Shown: piece by piece, positions 1 through 9,876 of the stretch
How positions within the stretch are numbered: the first letter of the stretch is position 1
Layout: each line of letters begins with the position of its first letter
Made by a program: the position numbers and the translations under genes
The notes under the pieces: generated by a model
The model's database searches: none
The model's input: the letters and a program-made list of their open reading frames with translations, nothing else
What the model was told of the DNA's origin: nothing
Assembly: GCA_027622665.1 (NCBI GenBank)
Contig: JAQBYT010000014.1
Coordinates: 26,932 to 90,931 of the forward strand
From: Verrucomicrobiota bacterium
GTDB lineage: Bacteria > Verrucomicrobiota > Verrucomicrobiia > Opitutales > Seribacteraceae
DNA length: 64,000 bases
Reading direction: 5' to 3'

Positions 1-363
1 ACTTCTGATCTTGCGGAACACACACCCGAAGGGAATTGGCGGATTTTGGGCCGCCTTGATCGTCTAGTGAACACCGGGGGCGAAAAAGTGAATCCCGTTG
101 AGGTGGAGAACGCTGTTAGAGAAACTACACTTGCTGCGGGTTGTCTCACTATGGGTATTCCCCATCCGGACTGGGGCGAGCGGTTAGTCGCGTTTTGCAC
201 CCCTTCAACTATCGATGTTATTCGTTTGCAGAAAGCTCTTCAGACCCAACTGACGGGTGCGGCGATTCCTAAACTGATTGTTCCTGTCGATGAATTACCT
301 ATCAACGAGATGGGTAAACCCGATCTGCTGAAGGCTCGAGCAGTGTTAGAGCAAAGAGACTAA
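1..363 (+). CDS. AMP-binding acyl-CoA ligase, MenE (o-succinylbenzoate-CoA ligase)-like; 3' part only
   Basis: Frame open from base 1: TSDLAEH...ILGRLDRLVNTGGEKVNPVEVE...PHPDWGE...LPINEMGKPD, typical C-terminal motifs of adenylate-forming enzymes. Confidence 0.75.
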   Translation, partial: TSDLAEHTPEGNWRILGRLDRLVNTGGEKVNPVEVENAVRETTLAAGCLTMGIPHPDWGERLVAFCTPSTIDVIRLQKALQTQLTGAAIPKLIVPVDELPINEMGKPDLLKARAVLEQRD

Positions 364-935
364 ACCTTTTCTACGATTTTATCGGCCAAACCGTATTCGA
401 TGGCTTCCTGAGCATTCAGATAAAAGTCACGATCAGTATCCAATTGGATTTTCTCCAAAGGTTGCCCGGATGATTTGCTGAGGATGCCGTTCAACTCCTC
501 TCGCAACTTTTCCATTTCCTCGGCTTGGATGTTAATGTCTACGGCCGCTGCCCACATCCTGCCCGAAATTAAAGGTTGATGGATGAGTACGCGAGAATGA
601 GGGTATAAAAGGCGCTGCCCCGGAGATGCTCCGCACAAGAGAATCGAGCCCATGCTCGCTGCCATTCCCGTAACTACGACAGTGATGGAGGAACTGATGA
701 GTTGCATCGTGTCGTAAACAGCCATCCCGGCTGTGATGGAACCTCCCGGAGTGTTGATATAGAAAGTGATATCTTTACCAGGATCGGATGTCTCGAAATA
801 AAGGAATTTGTCAGTGACGTCTCGGGCGGACCGATCACTTACTTCTCCCCAAAGGAAGACTTTTCTCTCTTCAAGAAATTTCTTCTGTATGATTTCAGAG
901 ACGGAGTCGTTTTTTTTATCTTTGTCGTCGGTCAT
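360..935 (-). CDS. clpP: ATP-dependent Clp protease proteolytic subunit
   Basis: YINTPGGS, GMAASMG (catalytic Ser), LIHQP (catalytic His), DTDRD. Confidence 0.97.
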   Translation of the reverse strand: MTDDKDKKNDSVSEIIQKKFLEERKVFLWGEVSDRSARDVTDKFLYFETSDPGKDITFYINTPGGSITAGMAVYDTMQLISSSITVVVTGMAASMGSILLCGASPGQRLLYPHSRVLIHQPLISGRMWAAAVDINIQAEEMEKLREELNGILSKSSGQPLEKIQLDTDRDFYLNAQEAIEYGLADKIVEKV

Positions 936-960
936 TGATGTGGAATATTGTCATTAAAAT

Positions 961-1422
961 TCATTGAGGGGAAGTCGTTTTCTCGATCATGGATATTCGC
1001 CGGGCGTGGCGACCACCTTGGAAAGTGGCGTTAATCCACTCTCGCACTATTAGCACAGCCAATTCCTCGGTGATTTGTCGTTCGCCAAGTGATAGCATGT
1101 TTGCGTTGTTGTGCTGCTTTGCGAGTCGAGCGGTTTCTTCGGACCAGCAAAGGGCGCAGCGAATGCCCTTCACCTTGTTGGCCGCCATTGCTTCACCGTT
1201 GCCGCTGCCTCCGAATACAACCCCTAAGTCAGCGAGTCCTCTACCCACTGCTTCGGCTGCAGGACGCACGAAGTCTGGGTAGTCAACCGATTCCTCTGAG
1301 AAAGTTCCAAAGTCCTTTACTGCGTGGCCTTCGGCAAGCAGGTAAACTTTAATGGTTTCCTTGTGTCTAAAACCCGCGTGATCGCAGCCAAGCGCAAAAC
1401 TAAATTTTGTTGATTCACTCAT
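961..1422 (-). CDS. rpiB: Ribose-5-phosphate isomerase B
   Basis: GCDHAG, DYPD, GGSGNGEAMAANKVKGIRCA, HNNANML, FQGGRHARR. Confidence 0.96.
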   Translation of the reverse strand: MSESTKFSFALGCDHAGFRHKETIKVYLLAEGHAVKDFGTFSEESVDYPDFVRPAAEAVGRGLADLGVVFGGSGNGEAMAANKVKGIRCALCWSEETARLAKQHNNANMLSLGERQITEELAVLIVREWINATFQGGRHARRISMIEKTTSPQ

Positions 1423-1487
1423 CTTATCAAGAGCAGGTGAGCAAAAGACGGTTTAGGCTAGTGACAAGGCAAAAGGGAAAATATTTT

Positions 1488-2036
1488 TCAAATCATTCCT
1501 AATTCCATCTTCCCTCTCTCTGAAATGAGGTCTTGAGTCCAAGGCGGATCCCAAACGATTTCCACATGCGCTTCGTCAATTCCCGAAAGCTTTATGACTT
1601 TACCTTTGCAGTCCTCTGCAATGACCGGACCCATACCGCACCCCGGAGCAGTGAGAGTCATGTCGATATTAGCGACTCTCTTTCCTTCCTCGTCCTCGTC
1701 AATGTTAATTTTATAAATTAGGCCGAGGTCCACGACGTTTACTGGTATTTCGGGGTCAAAGACGGATCGAAGAGCATCGCGAATGCTATCCTCATCGGCG
1801 GGTTCGGCGTCGGTGCAATCGTCCTCTGGAGCTTGAGAGTCATCTTCGCCCAGAGAATCAGCGTCTGCTGCACAGATGCGATACATGCCGTTGAGCGTCA
1901 TCACGGTGAAGTTGCCGCCAAGCCTGTGCGTTATGGTTACCTTGGCTCCTTTATCCAAGGTGTATGGATCGCCGTGTGGGATTAAAGTGGCCTGCACGTC
2001 TCTTGTGAGTTCTCTTTCCTCGTGATGTGTGGACAT
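1488..2036 (-). CDS. sufT: Fe-S cluster assembly protein SufT, long form (DUF59 domain)
   Basis: DPEIPVNVVDLGLIY, MTLTAPGCGMGP, WDPPW; last gene of the suf operon. Confidence 0.9.
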   Translation of the reverse strand: MSTHHEERELTRDVQATLIPHGDPYTLDKGAKVTITHRLGGNFTVMTLNGMYRICAADADSLGEDDSQAPEDDCTDAEPADEDSIRDALRSVFDPEIPVNVVDLGLIYKINIDEDEEGKRVANIDMTLTAPGCGMGPVIAEDCKGKVIKLSGIDEAHVEIVWDPPWTQDLISERGKMELGMI

Positions 2037-2043
2037 AAAAGTA

Positions 2044-3318
2044 TTAACGGGAAAATTTTCCCTTTAGATGCTCGCGAAGCAAATCAGCAATTTCTTCGTC
2101 ATTAAGACGTTTGAGAACTTCATCGAGAAAGCCGTTGACCAGAAGTTCCTCGGCTGATGCTTTTGAGATGCCTCGGCTGAGGAGATAAAAAAGTGGCTCA
2201 TCATCAATTTTACCAATTGTGGATCCATGGCTACACTTTACTTCGTTGGCCAGGATTTCTAATCCGGGCAAGGAGTCGGCTTCTGCTTCAGGACTTAGAA
2301 GCAGATTGCGGTTCGTTTGGTATGCATCGGTTTGTTGTGCTTGTTCCTCAACTTTGATGATACCCGAGAAAACCGCTTTGGACTGATCCAACAGAGCGTT
2401 TTTGTATAGAAGGTCTGAACGACCGTTTGGAGCGAGGTGGAGTTGTCTCGTCCGCTGATCGAAAAGTTGTTTCCCTTGGCCTACGCTCAAGCCGAGCAAA
2501 TCGATTTCGGCGCCTTCCTCGGCGGCGACGGCCAAGTTCTCAAATCGGCTTTGGGCCGAACCTAAGTGGAGAGAGCAACAACGAATACCGGCATCACGAC
2601 ACGCTCGCTTTGTGTCCAGTTGGTAAAAAGACGAATTCCGATTGAGATCTTGTACTAGAATGCGAGTGGCCCTTGCGCTGGAGTTTGCCACGACATTTGC
2701 GGCAGAGCACACAACGGATGCGTCTTGATTGTTTGGTGAGATAAATGTCTCCAGAAGAGTAGCGTTGGCACCTTCCTCCAGAATCATAATTGTCCGGAAA
2801 AACCTAATTTGACCATCGGGCGGGGCAAAGTGACGAACCATGATTGGCTTTTCGAGGATCACTCCCTTTGGTATGTGCAATACGATGCCGTGCCCCGAGA
2901 AAGCTTGTGCCAGGAAATGTACGTTGTCTGCTCCGAGGTTGGGTCCTTTTAGCTTGGAAAGACATTCAAGTACGGTTGGGTTGTTTAACAGTACCTCGTC
3001 GAAGAGACCGCAGGTGACTCCCTTCTCCTTGAGGTTTTCTTCCGATGAATCAATTACCGACGCTGTCTCGTCGTTCGTTCCACTAGGAGGAGCAAAAGCG
3101 GAAAGAGACAGGCGAGCTTGTGGCGAGAAGCGCCATCGTTCGTCCTTGTGGACGGGAGCGCGGTATGCTCGATAACATTCCCAAGATTCTTTTCGTAAAT
3201 CTGCCATCCATTCGGGTTCCCATGACCGATCTTCAGCGAAAGATCGAAAAAGGCTTTCGTCGGCAAAGGAATCCACTGCATCGGTATTAACCGACGATCC
3301 GTTGTCTAGCGCGTTCAT
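2044..3318 (-). CDS. sufD: Fe-S cluster assembly protein SufD
   Basis: AQQTDAYQTNRNLLLS, PGLEILANEVKCSHG, FYLLSRGI; follows sufB. Confidence 0.93.
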   Translation of the reverse strand: MNALDNGSSVNTDAVDSFADESLFRSFAEDRSWEPEWMADLRKESWECYRAYRAPVHKDERWRFSPQARLSLSAFAPPSGTNDETASVIDSSEENLKEKGVTCGLFDEVLLNNPTVLECLSKLKGPNLGADNVHFLAQAFSGHGIVLHIPKGVILEKPIMVRHFAPPDGQIRFFRTIMILEEGANATLLETFISPNNQDASVVCSAANVVANSSARATRILVQDLNRNSSFYQLDTKRACRDAGIRCCSLHLGSAQSRFENLAVAAEEGAEIDLLGLSVGQGKQLFDQRTRQLHLAPNGRSDLLYKNALLDQSKAVFSGIIKVEEQAQQTDAYQTNRNLLLSPEAEADSLPGLEILANEVKCSHGSTIGKIDDEPLFYLLSRGISKASAEELLVNGFLDEVLKRLNDEEIADLLREHLKGKFSR

Positions 3319-3342
3319 TATTCGTCGACGGGAGGTTCAGGT

Positions 3343-4749
3343 TCAGCCAACGGAACCTTCCATCTCCATGTCGATGAGCCTTTTGAGCTCGACGCTGTAC
3401 TCCATGGGGAATTCTCGAATCAAGTCGTTCACGAAACCGTTTACGCTTAGGCTCACGGCTTCCGCCTCGGTTAGTCCTCTCTGTCTCATGTAGAAAATTT
3501 GTTCAGCGTTCAATTTAGATACGCTTGCCTCGTGTTGCACCGCATTGCCGTTGCCACGGACCGTAATGGCAGGGTAGGTGTCAGTTCGGCTGTTTGCGTT
3601 GATCAATAGGGCATCACACTCGGTGTTGTTACGACAATTGCTCAGATGTCCGGGTATTTGCACGAGTCCACGATAAGTGGAACGCCCCTTGCCGATGGAA
3701 ATTGATTTTGCGATAATGTTACTTGTTGTCTCGTCTGCGGCATGGATCATTTTGGCCCCCGTATCTTGATGTTGTCCATCATTGGCGAGGGCAATGGAAA
3801 GAACTTCCCCCCTGGCCTTGCGACCCTTCAAAATGACACCCGGGTACTTCATTGTTAGGCGCGAACCGATGTTGCAGTCTATCCAGCGAACTTCGGCCTC
3901 CTCGTGGGCTATCGCTCGTTTTGTTACTAAGTTGAAAACGTTGTTCGACCAATTCTGAACAGTGATATACTGAATCTTGGCTCCTGGCATGGCTACCAGT
4001 TCCACAACAGCGCTATGTAAAGTCGCTGTCTCGAATTTCGGTGCCGTACAACCCTCCATGTACGTGAGTTCCGCACCTTCGTCTGCGATGATCAGCGTAC
4101 GCTCAAACTGGCCGAAGTTTTCAGCATTTATTCTAAAGTAAGCCTGTAACGGCTGGGCAAGTTTAACTCCGGGCGGAATGTAAATGAAACTGCCGCCACT
4201 GAAAACTGCTGCATTTAATGCGGAAAACTTATTGTCCGATGCGGGGATCACCTTGCCAAACCATTTGCGAAAAATTTCAGGGTAATCTTTCAGCCCATCC
4301 GAGGAACCTACGAAGATCACGCCTTCTTTTTCCAGTTCGACTTTCAAGCGAGAGTAGGCGGCTTCGCTATCGAACTGTGCCTCTACGCCTGCTAGGAATT
4401 TTCTTTCCTGCTCGGGAATACCAAGTCTCTCGAAGGTTTGTTTTACATCGTCGGGAACTTCATCCCATGTGCGGCTGGGCTTTTGACCTTTGGCTAGATA
4501 GTAGCGGATTTTGTCGAAATGTATATTTTCTAAATCTTTTGTAGCCCAGTGCGTAGGCATGGGTTTGCGATAGAAGGTGTCCAAGGCCTTTAGCCTGTAA
4601 TCTCGCACCCATTGGTCTTCACCTTTGACTTCTGAGATATATTGGACGACTTCTTCACGCAAACCGACTCCCGCATCATATTGGTAGTCGGTTTCGTAGC
4701 GGAAGTTGCCCTTGTCCCGATCTATGTCGATTTGAGTTGGCTGAATCAT
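3343..4749 (-). CDS. sufB: Fe-S cluster assembly protein SufB (start reassigned to ATG 4749, MIQPTQ...)
   Basis: [35 protein letters not shown], terminal EGSVG. Confidence 0.97.
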   Translation of the reverse strand: MIQPTQIDIDRDKGNFRYETDYQYDAGVGLREEVVQYISEVKGEDQWVRDYRLKALDTFYRKPMPTHWATKDLENIHFDKIRYYLAKGQKPSRTWDEVPDDVKQTFERLGIPEQERKFLAGVEAQFDSEAAYSRLKVELEKEGVIFVGSSDGLKDYPEIFRKWFGKVIPASDNKFSALNAAVFSGGSFIYIPPGVKLAQPLQAYFRINAENFGQFERTLIIADEGAELTYMEGCTAPKFETATLHSAVVELVAMPGAKIQYITVQNWSNNVFNLVTKRAIAHEEAEVRWIDCNIGSRLTMKYPGVILKGRKARGEVLSIALANDGQHQDTGAKMIHAADETTSNIIAKSISIGKGRSTYRGLVQIPGHLSNCRNNTECDALLINANSRTDTYPAITVRGNGNAVQHEASVSKLNAEQIFYMRQRGLTEAEAVSLSVNGFVNDLIREFPMEYSVELKRLIDMEMEGSVG

Positions 4750-4769
4750 AGGGAAATCATTTAGGGTTT

Positions 4770-5522
4770 TTAGGAGACCAGTTCTTTGCGAACCCAATCG
4801 TAGCCTTTTGCGTCCAGTTTCAATGCCAGTTCCTTGCCGCCCGTTAGTGCAATGGCGCCTTCGCACATAACATGTACTTTATCTGGAACAATGTATTCAA
4901 GTAATCTTTGGTAGTGAGTAATGACTAGTATTCCTCGGTCGGGACTTCGCATTTGGTTGACACCGTTTGCGACGACTTTGAGGGCATCGATGTCAAGACC
5001 GCTGTCCGTTTCATCTAATATGCAATACTTGGGTTGGAGCATGGACATTTGCAGAATTTCGCAACGTTTTTTCTCTCCACCCGAGAAACCTTCGTTTACG
5101 GAGCGTGAGGTAAACTTCCTATCAATGCCCAGTTCGTCCATGCGGGCATACAAATCTTTATAATAACCGACTGCGTCGAGTGTTTCGTTTTCAGCTAAAC
5201 GTCCCTGAAGCGCAGCTCTTATGAAGTTGGCGATACTTACACCAGGCACCTCGAGCGGATATTGAAACGCAAGGAAAAGCCCCAAGCGAGAAATTGCATC
5301 CGGCTCCATTCCCAGTATTTCATCACCGTCAAGCAGTGCAGTCCCGCTGGTTACCTCGTAGTCCTCGTGTCCTGAGAGAACTTTGGAAAGCGTACTTTTT
5401 CCGCTTCCATTGGGTCCCATGATTGCGTGCACTTCACCTTTCGGGATAGTGAGGTTTAATCCTCGTAGAATTTCTTTTCCTTCGATTTGAGCACGAAGAT
5501 CTTTGATTTCCAAATAGTTCAC
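4770..5522 (-). CDS. sufC: Fe-S cluster assembly ABC ATPase SufC
   Basis: [48 protein letters not shown]. Confidence 0.98.
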   Translation of the reverse strand: MNYLEIKDLRAQIEGKEILRGLNLTIPKGEVHAIMGPNGSGKSTLSKVLSGHEDYEVTSGTALLDGDEILGMEPDAISRLGLFLAFQYPLEVPGVSIANFIRAALQGRLAENETLDAVGYYKDLYARMDELGIDRKFTSRSVNEGFSGGEKKRCEILQMSMLQPKYCILDETDSGLDIDALKVVANGVNQMRSPDRGILVITHYQRLLEYIVPDKVHVMCEGAIALTGGKELALKLDAKGYDWVRKELVS

Positions 5523-5552
5523 TAATTATATGTATGGTTTTGGAAAATAAAG

Positions 5553-5996
5553 TTACGAAATTGTGTCTGACTTTGGTCCCTGCCCAATGAACGATAGTTC
5601 TATTGTGTCTGCCGTAAAACCATCGGGTAGAGTTTTTTCGATGATGGAAAGTCTTTCATCATCCAAGCTGACGTCGTACACTTGGCCAGTAACGCGGCAG
5701 TGGAAGTGGGCGTGAGGGTTCCTGTTCGGGCAAAAACGGGTCGGAGCACGGTCCAGGTGGACTTGTTTTACTAACTCGCATTCGACCAACGTGTCTAAAC
5801 AATTGTAGATAGTGGCTAAAGAAATGCTCGGGAGTTTTTCACGAACGCGGAGATGAATGTCGTCTGCTGTGGGATGATCACGCTTTTCGAGTATAACTTC
5901 GTAAACGCAGGTGCGCTGTCGAGTGGGACGGCGATTCCGCGACTTTAAGGCGTGCTTCAGTCGATTGCGTTCTGTCTCTGGGAGAGCAAGTTTCAT
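5553..5996 (-). CDS. Fur-family transcriptional regulator, Irr/PerR-like (start ATG 5996 after AAGGA)
   Basis: HPTADD, SISLATIYNCL, HAHFHCRVTG; lacks both CxxC Zn motifs; first gene of the suf operon. Confidence 0.88.
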   Translation of the reverse strand: MKLALPETERNRLKHALKSRNRRPTRQRTCVYEVILEKRDHPTADDIHLRVREKLPSISLATIYNCLDTLVECELVKQVHLDRAPTRFCPNRNPHAHFHCRVTGQVYDVSLDDERLSIIEKTLPDGFTADTIELSFIGQGPKSDTIS

Positions 5997-6037
5997 TTCC
6001 TTTGTCTTAACGATACTGAGACTCGTTCGCAAGAAAT

Positions 6038-6056
6038 AAATGGAATGATTCTAATT
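6038..6056. promoter_or_regulatory. Putative Fur-family operator (ICE/Per-box-like imperfect palindrome) upstream of the regulator-suf operon
   Basis: Minus strand AATTAGAA-TCA-TTCCATTT, about 40 nt upstream of the ATG; resembles the Irr ICE consensus TTTAGAA-N3-TTCTAAA. Confidence 0.5.
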
Positions 6057-6115
6057 TCTGTGATTACCACAAAAAATCTTTGGGTACTGAAAAGTATCCC
6101 GCAATAGCGGTTAGC

Positions 6116-6394
6116 TCAATAGTCGGTAAAGGTGAACAGTCCCCACAAAAAAGTGGTTTTGTTACCGCTGAAGTCCCGACGATACCATAATTCGTCGGAT
6201 TGCAGCCGGATCGTTCCAGTTTCAATAGGAGCAAACGAATTCGGTGAATGGGTAAAGGCACCAGCTACATTGATGTTCTTTGACAAGTACTTTTTTGATT
6301 GGGGAAACATACTGCAACCGGAAAAACCGATTGCCGAAATCGTCAAAGTGATGATGATGACAGTCTGTTTGGTTTTTCGTTTCAATGACTTCAT
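6116..6394 (-). CDS. Small hypothetical lipoprotein
   Basis: MKSLKRKTK + hydrophobic stretch + lipobox-like FSG-C; ends FLWGLFTFTDY. Confidence 0.65.
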   Translation of the reverse strand: MKSLKRKTKQTVIIITLTISAIGFSGCSMFPQSKKYLSKNINVAGAFTHSPNSFAPIETGTIRLQSDELWYRRDFSGNKTTFLWGLFTFTDY

Positions 6395-6593
6395 TAAACA
6401 TAAGAATGGAAGCATTTGAAGATTGGTAAGTCAACTGGCAAAAGCTTCAAAAGTTCCTTCGCTTTCATTCATTCCCACTCATGATGTTTCTGTTGGAATG
6501 AGATTTCTTTCATCTGGAATATGCTTGATTTAGAAGTTCGGCGTTGTACCTCTGCCGAGCATTTATATTGTAGCTTTTTATCTTCAAGAACTT

Positions 6594-8099
6594 ATGAGCA
6601 AAGGAAATTCTAAAATGGAGGAAATCGTGGCGTTGTGCAAACGTCGTGGTTTCATTTTTCAGTCTTCCGAAATCTATGGTGGAATCAACGGCTTTTTCGA
6701 CTACGGTCCTCTAGGGGTTGAACTTCGAAAGAACATAAAGGATGCGTGGTGGGAAGACATGGTTCGTCGTCGCGATGATGTCGTGGGGCTGGACTGTAGC
6801 ATTATAATGAATCCCGAGGTTTGGCGATCTTCAGGCCATGTCGATGGTTTTTCCGATCCGATGGTGGACTGTCGCGAATCCAAGATGCGGTACCGAGCTG
6901 ATCAACTTTATTGCGGCCCTGTTGTTGTGGGAGAGGAAACCATTGGCTGGATTTCGGTTCTCGAATCCGAAGTCATGCAGGAAGAGGCAGATGGAAAGGC
7001 CGTCGAAATGAAGCGCAAGCAGAGCAAGCAAGGCGATTTGGCGCCCGTTTCATTGCGTTCTTTTGACGAGATGTCTTCCGAAGAACGTTCACTTGCTCCT
7101 TCACCTGCTACCGGCAAAGCAGGTTCTCTTACCGAACCTCGGGAATTCAACATGATGTTCGAGACTCATGTTGGTGCGTTACGCGATGCTTCTTCTCTCT
7201 GTTATCTCCGTCCCGAGACGGCTCAAGGTATCTTTGCAAATTTCAAGAACGTCCTCGATTCTGGACGAGTGAAGGTTCCCTTTGGTATTGCCCAGATAGG
7301 CAAGGCATTTCGTAATGAGATTACTCCCCGAAACTTTATTTTTCGCTCACGCGAGTTCGAGCAAATGGAGATAGAGTACTTTATCCCTCCAGACGAAGAG
7401 GCATGGCCAAAGTACCATCGTGAATGGATCGCTACTCGGAAGGCGTGGTTCGCTTCCATCGGCTTGACCGACGAGCATCTCGGAGAGGAAGTGCATCCTA
7501 AGGAAAAACTTGCTCACTACGCTCGAGCTTGCACGGACATAACTTTCAAATTCCCTTTTGGCGAACAAGAGCTCGAAGGCATTGCGGCTAGAGGTAATTT
7601 TGATCTTTCACGTCATCAGGAATGCTCCGGTAAGTCCTTGGACTATTTCGACGAAGAGCGAAAAGAGCGATATGTCCCGCATGTCATTGAGCCTAGTCTA
7701 GGAGTCGATCGCACCTTACTTGCGGTCCTTTGCGCTGCCTATGACGTAGACGAAATTGAAGGAGACAAGCGAACTGTGCTTAGGTTTCATCCCCGTGTAG
7801 CTCCGATTAAGGTCGGTGTCTTTCCTTTGTTGAAGAACAAACCCGAACTGGTGGAGAGAGCTCGCAAGTTGTACGAACGTTTGCGGCGTAGGTGGAATGT
7901 CGTTTATGACCAAGGCGGAGCAATCGGTCGTCGCTATCGTCGCATCGACGAAGCAGGAGCGCCCTTTGGCGTAACAGTAGACTTCGATACGATCGAAGGC
8001 GATGGCAGCATCACTTTGAGGGATCGAGACACGACCAAGCAACAAAGACTTTCCGAAGACGAATTGATTGCTTTTCTCGAAGAGCAAATCAACCCATAG
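6594..8099 (+). CDS. glyQS: Glycine--tRNA ligase, homodimeric (alpha2) type
   Basis: [53 protein letters not shown], anticodon-binding domain IGRRYRR. Confidence 0.97.
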   Translation: MSKGNSKMEEIVALCKRRGFIFQSSEIYGGINGFFDYGPLGVELRKNIKDAWWEDMVRRRDDVVGLDCSIIMNPEVWRSSGHVDGFSDPMVDCRESKMRYRADQLYCGPVVVGEETIGWISVLESEVMQEEADGKAVEMKRKQSKQGDLAPVSLRSFDEMSSEERSLAPSPATGKAGSLTEPREFNMMFETHVGALRDASSLCYLRPETAQGIFANFKNVLDSGRVKVPFGIAQIGKAFRNEITPRNFIFRSREFEQMEIEYFIPPDEEAWPKYHREWIATRKAWFASIGLTDEHLGEEVHPKEKLAHYARACTDITFKFPFGEQELEGIAARGNFDLSRHQECSGKSLDYFDEERKERYVPHVIEPSLGVDRTLLAVLCAAYDVDEIEGDKRTVLRFHPRVAPIKVGVFPLLKNKPELVERARKLYERLRRRWNVVYDQGGAIGRRYRRIDEAGAPFGVTVDFDTIEGDGSITLRDRDTTKQQRLSEDELIAFLEEQINP

Positions 8100-8121
8100 G
8101 AAGAAAGGCGGCGAGAGGCGT

Positions 8122-9843
8122 TTATTCTTCGGCTTTTCGCCAGTCGCGCAGAACCATTTGTGGCAGACGTCGTCCGTTCCAGTGGTTCCAGCGAAAACGC
8201 AAGGCAAGGTCGAGGGGGTATGAACTGGGCGGTATGTTGTCGCCCATCTGCCAAGCTATGCCTGAAACGGATTCCTCGCCATTGAATATTGAAAACTGAA
8301 AATGATCACCCGAACCAACTCGGCGTGGTGGTCCCGATAGTCGAACGCCTCTCAAGGCAAGCGTCGGTTCAGGGTTTTCCTGCCCAAAGGGTGCCAGGTT
8401 GTTTATTTCGAGCAGCAGTTCAGGCCGGAGGTCCTCGGGATTGACGGTTGCATTGACGGTGAGAAAAGGCTCTGGCAAATTGCCCCCCGTCATCTCTCTA
8501 ACTGCCAGAATGAAAGCCTCTTGAAATTGAATTAAGTTTTCTTGTGGCAAGTTCATTCCTACGGCTGCGGGATGTCCACCCCAATGCGTGAGCAATTCCT
8601 TGCAGCGAGAAAGGGTTTTAACCATGTCAACTCCAGGGATACTCCGTCCTGAACCTTTGTATTCACTTCCATCTTTAGCCAGAACGATGCAAGGTTTTTG
8701 AAGGCTGCTTGCCAGTTTACCTGCTACGATGCCAACAACTCCGGGATTCCAGTGGTCTCCCTCGCCGAATACAACTACGGCAGGTTCATCCGAGAAATTC
8801 TCTTCCGCCATCACAACTGCTTCCGCCGTGAGTTCAGACTCTATTGCCCGCCGTTCGAGATTAAAGCCGTCTATTTTGTCCGCGAGAGTTTTGCATGCCT
8901 CGCGGTCTTCGCTCAATAACAGTTCCGTCGCAAATTCCGGCATGTTGAGTCTGCCGCATGCATTGATTCGAGGGGCTATGCGAAAGGTAACGTCTTCTGC
9001 ATCTAACGAGGAGTTGCCGGCAATGCCAGATACGGCAATTAGCGACTCTAGCCCGAACCCTGACTGATGGGCCAGGTGCTTCAGTCCATATCGAGCAAGA
9101 ATGCGATTTTCACCTTGTAGAGGCACCATGTCGGCAAGAGTGCCGAGCGAGGCTAAGGCTAGGTAATCTTTCGGGCTTATTCCTTTTGCCGCTTCGTTAT
9201 CATTTTCTCGAAGGCTTTTAATCAGTCCGTGAGAAAGCTTGAAGGTGAGACCTGCAGTGCATAGGTCTCGCCAAGGTTCACCTCCATCTTGGTGCAGGTG
9301 TGGATTAAGGAGTATGGCACCATCGGGTGTGTCTGTTTTTGCTTGGTGATGGTCGACTACTAGAAGATCGATCCCCTTGGATTGAAGAAAGGCGTACTCC
9401 TCGGAGGAATTCGTGCCGCAATCGAGAGCCACGACTAGGTCGACGTCGCCCATTTGCAGTCCTCGCTCGAGCACTGCGCGAGTCAATCCATATCCCTCTT
9501 CTTTTCGTTTAGGCGTAATGTGAAAGGGTTTGTTCCCCAATGCGGAAAGAACGCGACACAGCATTACCGTGGAAGTGATTCCGTCTACATCGTAGTCCCC
9601 GACAATAAGCAGCGATTCCTTTTTATCCAGAGCCTGTATCAATCGATCTACGGCCTCCTTCATCGACGGAAGGTCGAATGGACTCGCTAAATCCGCTAGG
9701 TTTGGCTTTAGAAAAGCACGTGCGGAGTCCGCATCGGTCAATCCCCGAGCTACGAGGAATCGAGAAAGAATTGGAGAGATCGAAAGAGCTCTTGAAAGCC
9801 TCTCGGCAATTTCTTCGGAGACGGAATCCTCAATCCATCGCAT
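8122..9843 (-). CDS. recJ: Single-stranded-DNA-specific exonuclease RecJ
   Basis: GDYDVDG, DCG, DHH, GTLAD, PRINACGR, GSGRS, GGHPAAVG, PFGQENPEP. Confidence 0.96.
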   Translation of the reverse strand: MRWIEDSVSEEIAERLSRALSISPILSRFLVARGLTDADSARAFLKPNLADLASPFDLPSMKEAVDRLIQALDKKESLLIVGDYDVDGITSTVMLCRVLSALGNKPFHITPKRKEEGYGLTRAVLERGLQMGDVDLVVALDCGTNSSEEYAFLQSKGIDLLVVDHHQAKTDTPDGAILLNPHLHQDGGEPWRDLCTAGLTFKLSHGLIKSLRENDNEAAKGISPKDYLALASLGTLADMVPLQGENRILARYGLKHLAHQSGFGLESLIAVSGIAGNSSLDAEDVTFRIAPRINACGRLNMPEFATELLLSEDREACKTLADKIDGFNLERRAIESELTAEAVVMAEENFSDEPAVVVFGEGDHWNPGVVGIVAGKLASSLQKPCIVLAKDGSEYKGSGRSIPGVDMVKTLSRCKELLTHWGGHPAAVGMNLPQENLIQFQEAFILAVREMTGGNLPEPFLTVNATVNPEDLRPELLLEINNLAPFGQENPEPTLALRGVRLSGPPRRVGSGDHFQFSIFNGEESVSGIAWQMGDNIPPSSYPLDLALRFRWNHWNGRRLPQMVLRDWRKAEE

Positions 9844-9876
9844 GTAGATACCTTTGACCTAAAAAGCTTTTAGTCC

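Noticed and set aside
6420..6593. T-box or other riboswitch ahead of glyQS
   Set aside because: No T-box consensus or convincing terminator/antiterminator; looks like a divergent promoter region.
8100..8130. Terminator between convergent glyQS and recJ
   Set aside because: Only a weak, mismatched stem without a clear U tract.
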